64,000 nt of DNA from an uncultured Acidobacteriota bacterium (GTDB taxonomy: Bacteria; Acidobacteriota; Vicinamibacteria; Fen-336), in assembly GCA_963823195.1 (NCBI GenBank), contig CAWGKR010000005.1:418042-482041 (forward strand), in the 5' to 3' direction. The notes under the pieces are model-generated. The model was not told the origin of the DNA and made no database searches. It saw only the letters and a list, made by a program, of their open reading frames with translations. Shown one piece after another: positions 9,918 to 21,612 of this stretch. The translations under genes were made by a program, and so were the position numbers. The number at the start of each line of letters is the position of its first letter. The stretch's first letter is position 1.

Positions 9918-11671
9918 CACGTGGTCCTTGGGCGCCCCGGGCACGTTGTAGTCGTAGGGCCACCGATAGCACCGTCGGGATCTCACCCGGCCAGTTGCCG
10001 TGAGGGGGCGGCGAAGGCGTCGACCACTCGAGGCCGTTGGCGTTCCAGGGGTTGTCGCCGGCCTTCTCGCCCTTGAACGCGCTCCAGAAGAAGTTGATGA
10101 AGAAGAAGACCTGCGACGCGCCCAGGACGAAGGCGCTGATCGTGATGAGCTGGTTGATCGGCTGGAGGTCCTTCAGGAAGTTGTACTGGTAGGGATCGTA
10201 GAGGCGGCGGCTGTGCCCCGCGAACCCGATGTAGTGCATCGGGAAGAACGTGCAGTAGTAGGCGACGAAGGTGAACCAGAAGTGCACCTTCCCGAGGGCG
10301 TCGTTCATCAGCCGCCCGAACATCTTCGGGAACCAGAAGGTGGTCGCGCCGAAGACGCCGAAGAGCGCCGCGCCGGCCATGATCAGGTGGAAGTGGGCCA
10401 CCACGAAGTAGGTGTCGTGGAGGTGGATGTCCACCGGCGCCTGGCCGAGAAAGACGCCCGAGAGCCCGCCGCTGATGAAGAGGGAGACGACGCCCATCGC
10501 CCAGAGCATCGGCGTCTTGTAGATGATGCGCGATCGCCAGAGGGTCGCGAGCCAGTTGAAGACCTTCACCGCCGAAGGGACGGCGATCAGGATCGTCCCC
10601 ACCGCGAAGGCCATGCCGAGGTAGGGGCTCATGCCGCTCACGAACATGTGGTGGCCCCACACCACGAAGCTCAGGAACGAGATCGCGCCCATCGCGCCGA
10701 CCATGGCCTTGTACCCGAAGATCGGCTTTCGGGCGAAGGCCGCGATGATGTCCGACGTGAAGCCGAGAGCCGGCAGCATCAGGATGTAGACCTCGGGGTG
10801 GCCGAGGAACCAGAACAGGTGCTGCCAGAGGAGCGGCGAGCCACCCGCGTGGGGCTGCTGGGCTCCCGAGAGAACGAGGCCGGCCGGCAGGAAGAAGCTC
10901 GTGCCGAAGTGCCGGTCGAAGAGGAGCATCAGCGACGCCGCGGTCAGGGCGGGAAACGCCAGCAGCCCCAGAATGGCCACGAGGAACATGGACCAGAGCG
11001 TCAGGGGCATGCGCAGCAGCGACAGCCCCTTGGTCCGCATGTTCAGGATGGTGGTCAGGAAGTTGAGGCCGCCCATGGTGAACGAGGCGATGAAGAAGAC
11101 CATGCCCGATGATCCAGAGGGTCTGTCCCATCTCCGAGCCCGGGACGGCGCTCTTGAGAGCCGAGAGGGGCGGGTAGGAGGTCCACCCCGCGGCCGCCGC
11201 TCCCGCCCCGACGAAGAACGAGGAGAGGATGACGACGCACCCGGGCAGGAACGTCCAGAACGACAGGCCGTTCAGGAACGGAAACGCCATGTCCCGAGCG
11301 CCGGTCTGGAGGGGGATCAGCAGGTTGCCGAACCCGCTCACGGGCGCCGTGGACAGCACGAAGAACACCATGATGGTGCCGTGCATCGTGAAGAGCATGG
11401 CGTAGAACTCGGGGTTCATGACGCCGTCGGAGAACCCCTTCGTCAGGATGCTCCCGAGCCCGGGCCAGGTCTTGTCGGGCCAGGCGAGCTGCAGGCGGAT
11501 CGTCATCGCGAGCAGCCCGGCCACGACGGCCATGAGCATCGCCGTCAGGTAGTACTGGACCGCGATGACCTTGTGGTCCTTGCTGAAGATGTACCGCCAG
11601 ATGAACGCCTGCGGCGCCCCGTGGGAGTGGGCGTCTTGGTGCTCGACCTGGCCGTGGGCAGCTTGAGACAT
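9917..11671 (-). CDS. ctaD: Cytochrome c oxidase subunit I (aa3-type); frame breaks near 11105 and 9972, and probably a third near 9935
   Basis: The N-terminus (ORF 9983..11671) and core (ORF 9397..11103) carry WFLGHPEVYILMLPA, VWGHHMF and HFHLIM. The tail PPPHGNWPGEIPTV|YRWPYDYNVPG lies in a third frame. The exact stop is uncertain. Confidence 0.85.
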
Positions 11672-11709
11672 GCTCTAGAGCCTCCTCGAGGGTCTCGTGG
11701 TTCCGCCGT

Positions 11710-12506
11710 TCACTCGATCGCGGCGGCGACCGTCTTGTCGAAGTCGTCGGCGGCCACGACGTGGACCTGGCCCCGCATCCTGTAGTGCCCGAGGCCGCAG
11801 TGCTGCGCGCAGGCGATCTCGAAATCGCCCGTCTGCGTGGGCGTGAACCACGTCTCCACCGTCATTCCCGGCATCGCGTCCTGCTTCACCCGGAAGTTGG
11901 GGAGGAAGAAGCTGTGGATCACGTCCAGGGACCGGAGCTCCACGCGCACGGCGCGTCCGACGGGAAGGTAGAGCTGGTTCTGCGGAAGGATGATGTCGTC
12001 GGCGGCGTTCGGATCGGTCTTGTCGAGGCCGATGAAGTTCAGGGCGCCCGGGTCCACGAGCTTCGGATCCGTCTTGCCGAAGACCCCGTCCTTCCCGGGG
12101 AGGCGGACGTTCCATGCGAACTGTTGTGCGGTGACCTCGACGATCAGGGCGTCCGCAGGCGGGGCCTTCGTGATCTGCGCCCAGAGGCCGAGGGCGTTGA
12201 AGAGGAAGACGAACATGATGCCCGCCGTGGCCAGCGTCCACGTCCACTCGAGGCGCGGGTTGTCGTGCCAGTAGGCCGGCGCCGGAGCGCCCGGCCGGTC
12301 CGCGTACCGCCATCCGAACCAGGCGAGGAGCAGGTTGGTCGCGATGAAGACCGCCCCGGTGACAGCCAGGGTGGCCCAGATCGCGTGGTCGATGGCGAGT
12401 CGATCGGACTTGAGGGGGGAAGCCAGTCCTTGGTGAAGAAGAAGGTCGCCACGGCGACCAGCACGAGCGTCGCCAGACCGAAGAACAGCCCCTGGACCTT
12501 GGACAT
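11710..12506 (-). CDS. ctaC: Cytochrome c oxidase subunit II (no cytochrome c domain); one frame break at 12414-12419
   Basis: N-terminus MSKVQGLFFGLATLVLVAV in ORF 12144..12506. The remainder, in ORF 11710..13143, has the CuA site DVIHSFFLPNF...CAQHCGLGHYRM. Adding one C to the C6 run restores ...LPPLKSDRLAIDH. Confidence 0.85.
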
Positions 12507-12623
12507 CCACGGCCTCCTGAAGAAACTCTGAGAAAGCGGGCTCGCGCGTCTCGGCGTTCGGGCGGGACACTACCGCAGGAACGCGGGCCCCGTCAAGACG
12601 GCTCGTGTCCCTCGCGACGGTTC

Positions 12624-13509
12624 TCAAACCTTGTCGACGACGAGCAGGATGCAGATGCCGGTCAGGTAGACGAGGGACGCGAGGAAGAGGCCGCGGGCCG
12701 CCGGGAGGGAGCGCACGACGGCGGCCCGGATGGCCACGCACACGAACCCCAGGCCGAGCGACGACCGCGCCGGCGAGGTAGACGGCCCCGGTCATTCCGG
12801 CCGCGGTCGGCGCGAGGCTCACGAGGAGCAGCGCGACGCTGTTGGCGACCGCCTGGCGGCCCGTCATGCGCCCGGCCGTGTCGAGCACCGGCAGCATCGG
12901 CAGGCCGCCCCGAGCGTAGTCCTCTCGGTAGATCCACGCGATGGCCAGGAAATGGGGGATCTGCCAGAGGAACAGGATCGCGAAGAGCACGAAGGCGCCG
13001 TGGTCCAGGGAGCCCCGTGCCGCCGCCCACCCGATGACCGGCGGCAGGGCGCCCGGGAAGGCCCCGACGATCGTGGACAGCGAGGTTCGCGTCTTGAGGG
13101 GCGTGTAGAGGAACAGGTACGTCGCCCAGGTCACGAGGGCCACGAGCGGCCGGGAGGCTCCCCGAGAGCCACTCCAGCTCGAGAAGGCCGGTGAGGCTCA
13201 GCAAGGAGCCGAAGGAGAGCGGCCTCCACGGGTCGCAGCCGGCCCCCGGGAAGGGGCCGATTGCGGGTGCGCCACATGAGGGCGTCGGTGTGGCGCTCGA
13301 GGAGCATGTTGAGACAGCTGGCGCCCGCGGCGACCAGGCCCGTTCCGAGCAGGGCCGCGGCGAGCGGGCGCCGGAGCCACGCGTCCGGGCGAGCCCATCA
13401 CGAAGCCCGACGAGGGCCGTGAGCATCACGAGGAACGTGATCCGGGGCTTCGTCAGCTCCAGGTAGTCCCCGAGGGCCGACCGTGTCGCGGCGAGAGCGG
13501 GTGTGCTCA
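12624..13509 (-). CDS. ctaB: Protoheme IX farnesyltransferase (heme O synthase); several frame breaks
   Basis: N-terminus [35 protein letters not shown]. The C-terminal half has [27 protein letters not shown] and [13 protein letters not shown]. The tail is reconstructed to ...LLVVDKV* with stop at 12624. Confidence 0.8.
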
Positions 13510-13563
13510 TGACGAAGACGCGGGCCGCGCTCCCTGGCGCGGGGAGCGTCGGCCCGCCTCGTG

Positions 13564-14342
13564 TCAGCCCTTGTAGGTGAGGCTCAGCTTCGCGGCCTCG
13601 CCGTCCTTCACCGTGACCTTGGCGCTCACGGTCTTGAGCTTGCCGTGGGCCGCCTCGATCTCGTATTCGCCCGCGGGAAGGCCCTTGATCTCGAAGGTCC
13701 CGTCGTCGCCGGTGACCGCGAAGTAGGGATTCGACAGGACGGAGATGAAGGCGCGCATCCAGGGGTGCACGTCGCAGCCCACGGGGATCAGCATCTCGGG
13801 CTTGTCGAAGAGCTTCTGCATCTCCATCCCCTTCTTGGCCTGCCCCTGGTTGAACTCCTGGTTGACCTGCGGGCGGGGGTGGATGTTGTGGAGCGTGTCG
13901 TCGCTGTTGCGGATCTTCAGCTTCTGTCCCGCCATCATGGCCACCATGTGGGGGTGGTAGTCGCAGCCGTTCTGGTCGAGGAGCACGGGCTCGGCGGGGG
14001 CAGGATACGTCCCGGTGAGGCCGCTCTTCACGTACACGAGGACGTCGGCGACGCCGCCGTCCTTCACCTTGATCGCCTGGCGCTCGAGACCGTCCTTGTG
14101 CATCTCGGCGCACTTCGCGTCGGCGGTGAGCTTGACCTTCTCGGCCGGCGGCACCGTCCCCTCGAAGCCGATCTTGCCCGAGACCGACGCGCTTCCGGCG
14201 CTGGCGCGGCCGCCGCCTCGGGGGCGGCGGCCTTCGGCGCTTCGGCGGCGGGTGCGCTCTCGGACTTCGGAGCCTCGCCGCCACCACAGGCGACGAAGGG
14301 GAGCACAGCCAGGCTCAGGACGGCAAGGCTCTTCATGGACAT
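13564..14342 (-). CDS. Lipoprotein with cupredoxin-like Cys/His/Met motifs and a carboxypeptidase-regulatory-like beta-sandwich C-terminus; one frame break (~14170)
   Basis: Lipobox LPFVAC in ORF 14064..14384, followed by an Ala/Pro-rich linker. Motifs GCDYHPHMVAMM, LHNIHP and GCDVHPWM, then FAVTGDDGTFEIKGLPAGEYEIEA. Confidence 0.45.
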
Positions 14343-14424
14343 CGTGCGGACTCCTCGAGATAGGGGTTGGTCGAAGGACGGCATCCGTCTGGACAGGGGT
14401 AGTTTACCGAGGGGCCTCCCCTTG

Positions 14425-15555
14425 TCAAGGACGGGAAGGAGCCTTCCCCTTGGGGCCCTTCTCGGGGAGCGGGGTCAGGACCGCGGGCGTCAGGTTCAAG
14501 GCATGGACCGTGATCGTCCGGTCTCGCTGGACGACGAAGAGGCGGTCGCCGACGAGGATCGGGGCCGCGCGGATCGGCGCCGTCGTCCGAAGGACGCCGA
14601 GGGGTCGTCCCGTCCGCGACGTCGAAGCCGACGACCTGGTTCTCGAAGCAGGCCACGAGGACCGCCGTCCCGTAGACGAGAGGGGCCGACAGGGGCCGGG
14701 CCGGGAGGGCCGCCCGCCAGTTCAGATGGCCGTTCTCCCGGTTGAGGGCGTAGAGGACGGCCTCGTGGGATGCGAAGAGGACGCTCTTCTGGTAGACGAC
14801 GGGGGCCTCCCGCACGTCGGCGCCGAGCCGCCACCGCCACTGGAGACGACCCTTTCCGGGCTCGAGGGCGAGGAAGGCCTTGGCGGCCGTTCCCACGAGG
14901 ACACGGGGACGCGAATCGACGAGCGCGGCCGCGGGGAGCGGGCTTCCCGATCGCGTACGTCCAGCGGGAGGCGCCCGTCTCGCGATCCCGACCACGAAGC
15001 GTTCCGCCTGCTTCGCCGACGACCACCAGCGAGCCCGCGACCGCCGGCGATGCGGTCACGCGCTCCTTCTCGGCGGTCGCCCACAGCAGCTTGCCGGTCG
15101 CCGGCGTCCAGGGCCACGACGCCGTCGCCCGCGACGAAGACGGTGCCTCCCTCGATCACGGGCGGGAGGGCCGGCCCCACGGGAGCCGGCACCCTCCAGC
15201 GGACATTCCCGGTCTCGGGGTCGAGACCGAGCACGTCGTCCGCGGCCGTCGTCGCCACGAGGACGCCCGGCGCGGCGGCCACCCTGCGGGCATTGCGATT
15301 CGCCCCCCAGCCAACGGCGCCGGTCTCCAGGCCGAACGCGACGACGACGCCCGTACGAGTCGCGACGAACAGACGTGTTCCGTCGGTCGCCGGAGGTTCG
15401 TCGACGCCGTCTTCGACCGGGACCTTCCAGACGGGCGTCATCGGGAAGACGGCCGGCGGCGGGACCAGGCGATGAGTGCATGCGGCGGCGAAAGGGACGA
15501 CCAGCGCGCCGACGAGAACCCGTGTCTTCAACCGCGCGGAACTATACCATCCCAT
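14425..15555 (-). CDS. PQQ-like beta-propeller repeat lipoprotein (BamB-like fold); multiple frame breaks
   Basis: N-terminus [26 protein letters not shown]. Repeated propeller blades ([57 protein letters not shown]) are spread over three minus-strand ORFs. Confidence 0.6.
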
Positions 15556-15592
15556 CGGGGCGGTATAATTCGCGTTCCCCGGAGGGAACCTT

Positions 15593-17139
15593 TTGTCCTT
15601 GGACCGAGACACGATCGCCATCCTCGACTTCGGCTCACAGTACACCCAGCTCATCGCCAGGCGGCTTCGGGAGCTCCAGGTCTACTCCGAGATCCTTCCG
15701 CCCGGAACGAAGCCCCGAGCACTTCGCGCTCGCGGCGTCGAAGGGAATCGTGCTCTCGGGGGGGCCCGACAGCGTCTTCGACAAGGGGTCGCCCCGCTGC
15801 GACCGCGGGATCTTCGACCTCGGCGTGCCCGTTGCTGGGGATCTGCTACGGCATGCAGCTCATGAGCCACCTCCTCCAGGGTCAGGTCAAGCGCTCCGGC
15901 CGGCGGGAGTACGGCCAGGCCGAGTTCCAGCCCCAGGGGGGGCGGCTCCTCGGCGGACTGGGCAAGGCCGCGCGCGTGTGGATGAGCCACGGCGACGACA
16001 TCCAGCGGGCGCCCGCGGGCTTCGCCGTCGTGGGCCGGACGGGAACGAACTCCATCGCCGCCATCGAGAACCTCGAGCGTCGCCAGTTCGGCATCCTCTT
16101 CCACCCCGAGGTCGTCCACACCGAGCACGGCATCGACGTTCTCACCCGCTTCCTCGACGTCTGCGGCTGCCGGCGAGACTGGAACGCCGCGTCGTTCGTG
16201 GAGAGCTCGGTGCAGGCGCATCCGGGAGACAGGTCGGCGAGCGTGGCCGGGTCATCTGCGCCCTCTCGGGAGGAGTCGATTCGGCCGTCGCGGCACTCCT
16301 CATCCATCGGGCGATCGGGAACAGGCTCACGTGCGTGTTCGTGGACAACGGTCTGCTCCGCAAGGACGAGGCCACCCAGGTCCGCCGCCGCTTCGCCCAG
16401 CGCCTCCGTCTCAAGGTCGTCTTCGTGGACGCCGGGAAGCGCTTCCTGGGGAAGCTCAAGGGTGTGCGGGATCCCGAGCGCAAGCGCAAGATCATCGGCC
16501 GGGAGTTCATCGAGGTCTTCAAGGGAGCCACGCGGAAGGCGGGGAGGGCGGAGTTCCTCGCCCAGGGGACCCTGTACCCCGACGTCATCGAGTCCACCTC
16601 GGTGAAGGGACCCTCGGTCGTCATCAAGAGCCACCACAACGTCGGCGGCCTCCCGAGGTCGATGAAGTTCAAGCTCGTGGAGCCCCTGCGGGAGCTGTTC
16701 AAGGACGAGGTCCGGCGCGTCGGGCTCGAGATCGGCCTCGACGAGGAGTTCGTCCACCGGCAGCCGTTCCCGGGCCCGGGCCTGGCCGTTCGGTGCCTCG
16801 GGCCCATCACCAAGGAGCGTCTCGATCTGCTGCGCGAGGCCGACGACATCGTCGTGGCCGAGATCAAGCACGGCCGGTCTCTATCGCGCGGTGTGGCAGT
16901 CCTTCGCCGTGCTCTTGCCCGTCCGCTCCGTCGGCGTGATGGGAGACGACCGGACCTACCAGTACACCATCGCGGTCCGGGCCGTGGAGTCGGCCGACGG
17001 CATGACCGCCGACTGGGCTCGCCTGCCCCACGACCTGCTGGCGCGGATCTCGAGCCGCATCGTGAACGAGGTCCGCGGCGTGAACCGCGTCGTCTACGAC
17101 GTCAGCAGCAAGCCACCGTCCACGATCGAGTGGGAATGA
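15593..17139 (+). CDS. guaA: GMP synthase (glutamine-hydrolysing); at least 4 frame breaks
   Basis: GATase N-terminus [20 protein letters not shown] and [12 protein letters not shown]-PPase SGGVDS, and C-terminus [11 protein letters not shown]...[14 protein letters not shown]. The pieces are distributed over four + ORFs. Confidence 0.9.
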
Positions 17140-20100
17140 CGACGCCCTCCGACTTCGTCCACCTCCACCTCCACACCGAGTACAGCCTCCTCGACGGCGC
17201 GTGCCGCCTCGACGAGCTTGTGGACCACACGGCCAAGCTCGGGATGAAGGCCCTCGCGATCACGGACCACGGCAACATGTTCGGGGCCGTGGCCTTCTAC
17301 GACGCGTGCCGGGACCGCGGATTGAAGCCGATCCTCGGCTGCGAGATCTACGTCGCGATCGGCAGCCGCCTCGAGAAGGCCGGCACCGGGATCACCGAGG
17401 CCTACAACCACCTGACGCTTCTCGCGACCAACGCCGAGGGCTACCACAACCTCATCCGCCTGGTCTCGATCGGGTACCTGGAGGGCTTCTACCATCGCCC
17501 CCGGATCGACAAGGAGGTTCTGGCTCGCCACAGCGGCGGGCTCATCGGCCTCTCGGGGTGCCTCTCGAGCGAGGTCTCGGCGCACCTCCGGGCCGGCCAG
17601 GACGACGCCGCGCTGCGCTCGGTGGGGGAGTTCTCCGACATCTTTGGACAAGGTCGCTTCTACCTCGAGGTGATGGACCACGGCATCGAGGAGCAGCGCC
17701 GCGTCAACCAGGCCCTCCTCAGGCTGCGGGAGCGCACGGGCCTGCCTCTCGCCGCCACCAACGACGCCCACTACCTCCACCACGACGACCACCACGCCCA
17801 CGACGTGCTCCTGTGCATCGGCTCCGGGAAGAAGGTGGGGGACGCCGAGCGCCTGCGCTTCGACACGCAGGAGTTCTACGTCAAGAGCGCCGCGGAGATG
17901 GCCCGGCTGTTCCCCGACCACCCCGAGGCCTTGTCGTCCACCGTGAAGATCGCCGAGATGTGCGACTTCACGTTGAAGGCCGCAGGATCCCTGCCGGCCT
18001 TCGACGTGCCCCCCGGCTTCACCATCGAGAGCTACTTCGAGAAGGTGACGCGGGACGGCTTCGAGGAGCGGCGACGGGTCCTCGAGCCCCTGGCGGACGC
18101 CGGACGACTGCGATACCCGATCTCGACCTACCTCGAGCGCCTGGACAAGGAGATCGGCGTCATCCGCCGCGTGGGCTTCGCGGGTTACTTCCTCATCGTC
18201 TGGGACTTCATCCGGTACGCGCGGGAGCAGGGGATTCCCGTGGGACCGGGGAGGGGCTCGGCCGCGGGGAGCCTCGTCGCCTACGCCCTCCGGATCACCG
18301 ACATGGACCCCATCGAGGGGGACCTGATCTTCGAGCGCTTCCTGAACGAGGAGCGCATCAGCCCCCCCGACATCGACATCGACTTCTGCGAGAACCGCCG
18401 CGGCGAGGTCATCGACTACGTCACCCGCAAGTACGGGCGCGACAACGTCGCCCAGATCATCACCTTCGGGACGATGAAGTCGAAGGCGGTCGTGCGCGAC
18501 GTGGGGCGTGTCATGGACATGCCCTACGGGGACGTCGACCGGATCGCGAAGATGATCCCCTTCGACCTGAAGATGACCCTCGACAAGGCCCTCGAGGAGT
18601 CGCCGCCCGCTGAAGGAGGCCTACCAGAAGGACGCGAGGGTCAAGGAGCTCATCGACGTGTCGCGGCGACTCGAGGGAACGACGCGACACGCGTCGACCC
18701 ACGCAGCCGGAGTCGTCATCTCCCCCGAGCCCTTGACCAACTTCGTCCCGCTCTTCAAGGGCACGACCGCCGACGTGACCACCCAGTACGACATGAAGGG
18801 GATCGAGCGGATCGGTCTCCTGAAGATGGACTTCCTCGGGCTCCGAACCCTCACCCTCATCGACAACTGCGTGAAGATGATCGATGCGCAGACCGGCGTG
18901 CGGATCGAGCCCGACAAGATCCCGGTCGACGACCCGAAGACGTACGCCCTCTTCACCGCGGGGAAGACCAGCGGCCTGTTCCAGTTCGAGTCCGACGGGA
19001 TGCGGGACATCCTGAAGCGCTTCAAGCCCGACCGCCTCGAGCACCTGACGGCGCTCAACGCCCTCTACCGGCCCGGGCCGATGCAGATGATCGACGACTT
19101 CATCAAGCGGCGCCACGGCCAGACGAAGCTCAGCTACGAGGTGCCGCAGCTCGAACCAATCCTGCAAGGGACGTACGGGATCATCGCCTACCAGGAACAG
19201 GTCATGCAGATCTCGGCGGCGCTCGGCGGCTTCACCCTCGGCGAGACCGACATCCTGCGCAAGGCGATGGGGAAGAAGAAAGCCGACGTCATGGTCGGGC
19301 AGAAGCAGAAGTTCATCGACGGATGTCGGATCCGCAACGTGCCCGAGAAGAAGGCCCAGAAGATCTGGGACCAGATGGCGCAGTTCGCCGGTTACGGGTT
19401 CAACAAGTCGCACTCGGCCGCGTACGCCTGGCTGGCCTATCAGACCGCCTACCTCAAGGCGAACTATCCGGCCTACTTCATGTCGGCGCTCCTCACCTCG
19501 GAGCGGGCGAACACGGACAAGATGGTCCCGTACATCGGCGAGTGCCGCGAGATGGGCCTCCGCGTCCTCCCGCCCGACGTGAACCAGTCCGACATCTTCT
19601 TCACCGTGGTGGGGGACTGCATCCGGTTCGGCCTCGCCGCCATCAAGAACGTCGGGGAAGGGGCCGTGGAGGCGGTGCTGCGGGCCCGGCGCGAGGGACC
19701 CTTCCGTTCGCTCTTCGAGTTCTGCGAGCGCGTGGACATGAAGGCCGTGAACCGCCGCGTGGTCGAGAGCTTCGTGAAGAGCGGCTCTTTCGACTCCCTC
19801 GACACGCGCCGGGCCTCGCTCCTCGCGGCCCTCGACCGGGCCATGGAGGCGGGGCAGAAGCGCCAGAGGGACCTCCAGCAGGGACAATCCAGCCTCTTCG
19901 GAACCCTCGAACCGCCGGACGGGTCGACCGGAGCGGATCGGATCCCCGATGCGCCCGAGTGGGGCGAGGGGGAGCGTCTCGCCTTCGAGAAGGAGTCCCT
20001 GGGCTTCTTCATCACCGGCCACCCCCTCGAGCGCTTCCAGGCGGAGCTCGCCCAATGGGCGACGGCCACGACCGGACGGCTCACGACGCCGGGAGAGTCC

Positions 20101-20634
20101 GCGGAGGTCGCGGTGGGGGGCATCATCACGGCCCTTCGCCTCATCAAGACCAAGAAGGGGGACCGCATGGCCACCTTCGTCCTCGAGGACCTCGAGGGGG
20201 GCGTCGAGTGCCTCGTCTTCCCCGAGACGTACAAGAAGGTGGCGGGTCGCCTCGCCGACGACCAGGTCGTCCTGGTGAAGGGGAAGGCGGAGACCCTGGA
20301 CGAGGGGAACGGACGCCTCCTGGTCTCGGAGGTCCTCCCCCTCGAGCAGGCCAAGCTGGCCGACGCGCGCTTCGTCACGATCCGTGTTCCCATGTCGCTC
20401 TGGGACAGAACCAAGGGAGAGAGGCTCAGGGATATACTCGGGTCTCACCGTGGTGAGTGCCCCGTGACCCTCGAGCTCGTGAGGCCCGGCGCCTATGCGG
20501 TCGCCGTCGCCCCCAACACCTTCTTCAAGGTCCGGCCGGACTCCGTCCTGAAGGGCGAGGTCGAGGCCCTGCTCGGCCCCGGCGCCATGGTCCTCGCCAA
20601 GACGCGAGGGGTCGTCGCAGGGGAGGAGAGATAG
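17136..20634 (+). CDS. dnaE: DNA polymerase III subunit alpha; one frame break (~18605)
   Basis: ATG 17136 overlaps the guaA stop. PHP domain [16 protein letters not shown], polymerase core [10 protein letters not shown] and FLGLRTLT, and an OB-fold tail. The 3499-nt length is consistent with a single indel. Confidence 0.9.
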
Positions 20635-21599
20635 TGGCGGACGCGGACTTCGAGGCCCCCCTTCTCGACCTCCAGAAGCGCATCGACGCCCTCGGGGCTT
20701 TTCCCGGCGACCCGGCCAAGGAGAAGGAGGCGGGCCGCCTCCGCACGGAGCTCGGCGAACGACGCCGCGAGATCTTCGGCAAGCTCACGCCGTGGCAGAA
20801 GACGCTCGTCGCCCGGAACCCGAGCCGTCCCAACACCCTCGACTACGTCCAGGCTCTCTTCGCCGACTTTACGGAGCTCCACGGCGACCGGCGCTTCGGC
20901 GACGATCCGGCCATGGTGGCGGGTTTCGCACTGTTCAGGGACCAGCCCGTGGCCGTCCTCGGACACCAGAAGGGACGCGACACCAAGGAGAAGATCTACC
21001 GCAACTTCGGCATGCCCAAGCCGGAGGGCTACAGGAAAGCGCTTCGGGTGATGCAGCTCGCCGCGAAATTCCGCCGCCCGATCCTCTGTTTCGTGGACAC
21101 GCAGGGGGCCTATCCCGGCCTCGACGCCGAGGAGCGCGGACAGGCGGAGGCCATCGCCTACAACCTGCGCGAGATGGCCCGCCTCAAGACGCCGATCATC
21201 GTGACCGTGACCGGCGAAGGGGGAAGCGGTGGCGCGCTGGCCATCGCCGTCGGGGACCGCGTGAACATGCTGGAGCATGCGGTCTACTCGGTCATCACGC
21301 CCGAGGGGTGCGCCGCAATCCTCTGGCGGGACTCGGGTCGGGCCGAGGAGGCCGCCACCGCGATGAAGATCACGGCGACGGACTTGAAGTCGTTCGGGAT
21401 CATCGACGAGATCATCCCGGAGCCGCCGGGGGGCGCCCACGCCGATCACGAGGCGCTCTTCCAGAGCGTGGGGCTGACCCTCGAGCGCCAGCTGCGCGAG
21501 CTCAAGGGGCTGTCCGACGAGGCCCTGTCCAGCGGACGTTACGCCAAGTTCCGGGGCATGGGCCGGCTCGGCCGCGAGTTCCTGGAACGAGCGGAGTGA
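20634..21599 (+). CDS. accA: Acetyl-CoA carboxylase carboxyltransferase subunit alpha
   Basis: GTG 20634 overlaps the dnaE stop (TAGTG). Blocks RPNTLDY, GDRRFGDDPAMV, FVDTQGAYPG and TGEGGSGGALA. Confidence 0.9.
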   Translation: MADADFEAPLLDLQKRIDALGAFPGDPAKEKEAGRLRTELGERRREIFGKLTPWQKTLVARNPSRPNTLDYVQALFADFTELHGDRRFGDDPAMVAGFALFRDQPVAVLGHQKGRDTKEKIYRNFGMPKPEGYRKALRVMQLAAKFRRPILCFVDTQGAYPGLDAEERGQAEAIAYNLREMARLKTPIIVTVTGEGGSGGALAIAVGDRVNMLEHAVYSVITPEGCAAILWRDSGRAEEAATAMKITATDLKSFGIIDEIIPEPPGGAHADHEALFQSVGLTLERQLRELKGLSDEALSSGRYAKFRGMGRLGREFLERAE

Positions 21600-21612
21600 G
21601 CCGCCTGTTGCC

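Noticed and set aside
9220-11671. Apparent in-frame fusion of cytochrome oxidase subunit I with the subunit-III-like protein (Thermus caa3 style), because no stop is read between ...YRWPYDYNVPGAPKDHV and MQHDPSPL...
   Set aside because: A TGATG stop/start junction sits at 9915-9919 in the gene's N-terminal frame. Removing one G from the GGGG run in GTGCCCGGGGCGCCC gives ...NVPGRPRTT* ending exactly there. Two indels within 60 bp are demonstrably present in the neighbouring ctaE. Separate genes are therefore the simpler reading.
17136-20634. Interpreting dnaE, guaA, ctaD, recN, miaB and others as true pseudogenes or as programmed frameshift sites
   Set aside because: Essential single-copy genes cannot all be inactivated. 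Conservation is perfect on both sides of each break, the breaks fall in homopolymers, and there are no slippery heptamer or stimulatory structure patterns.
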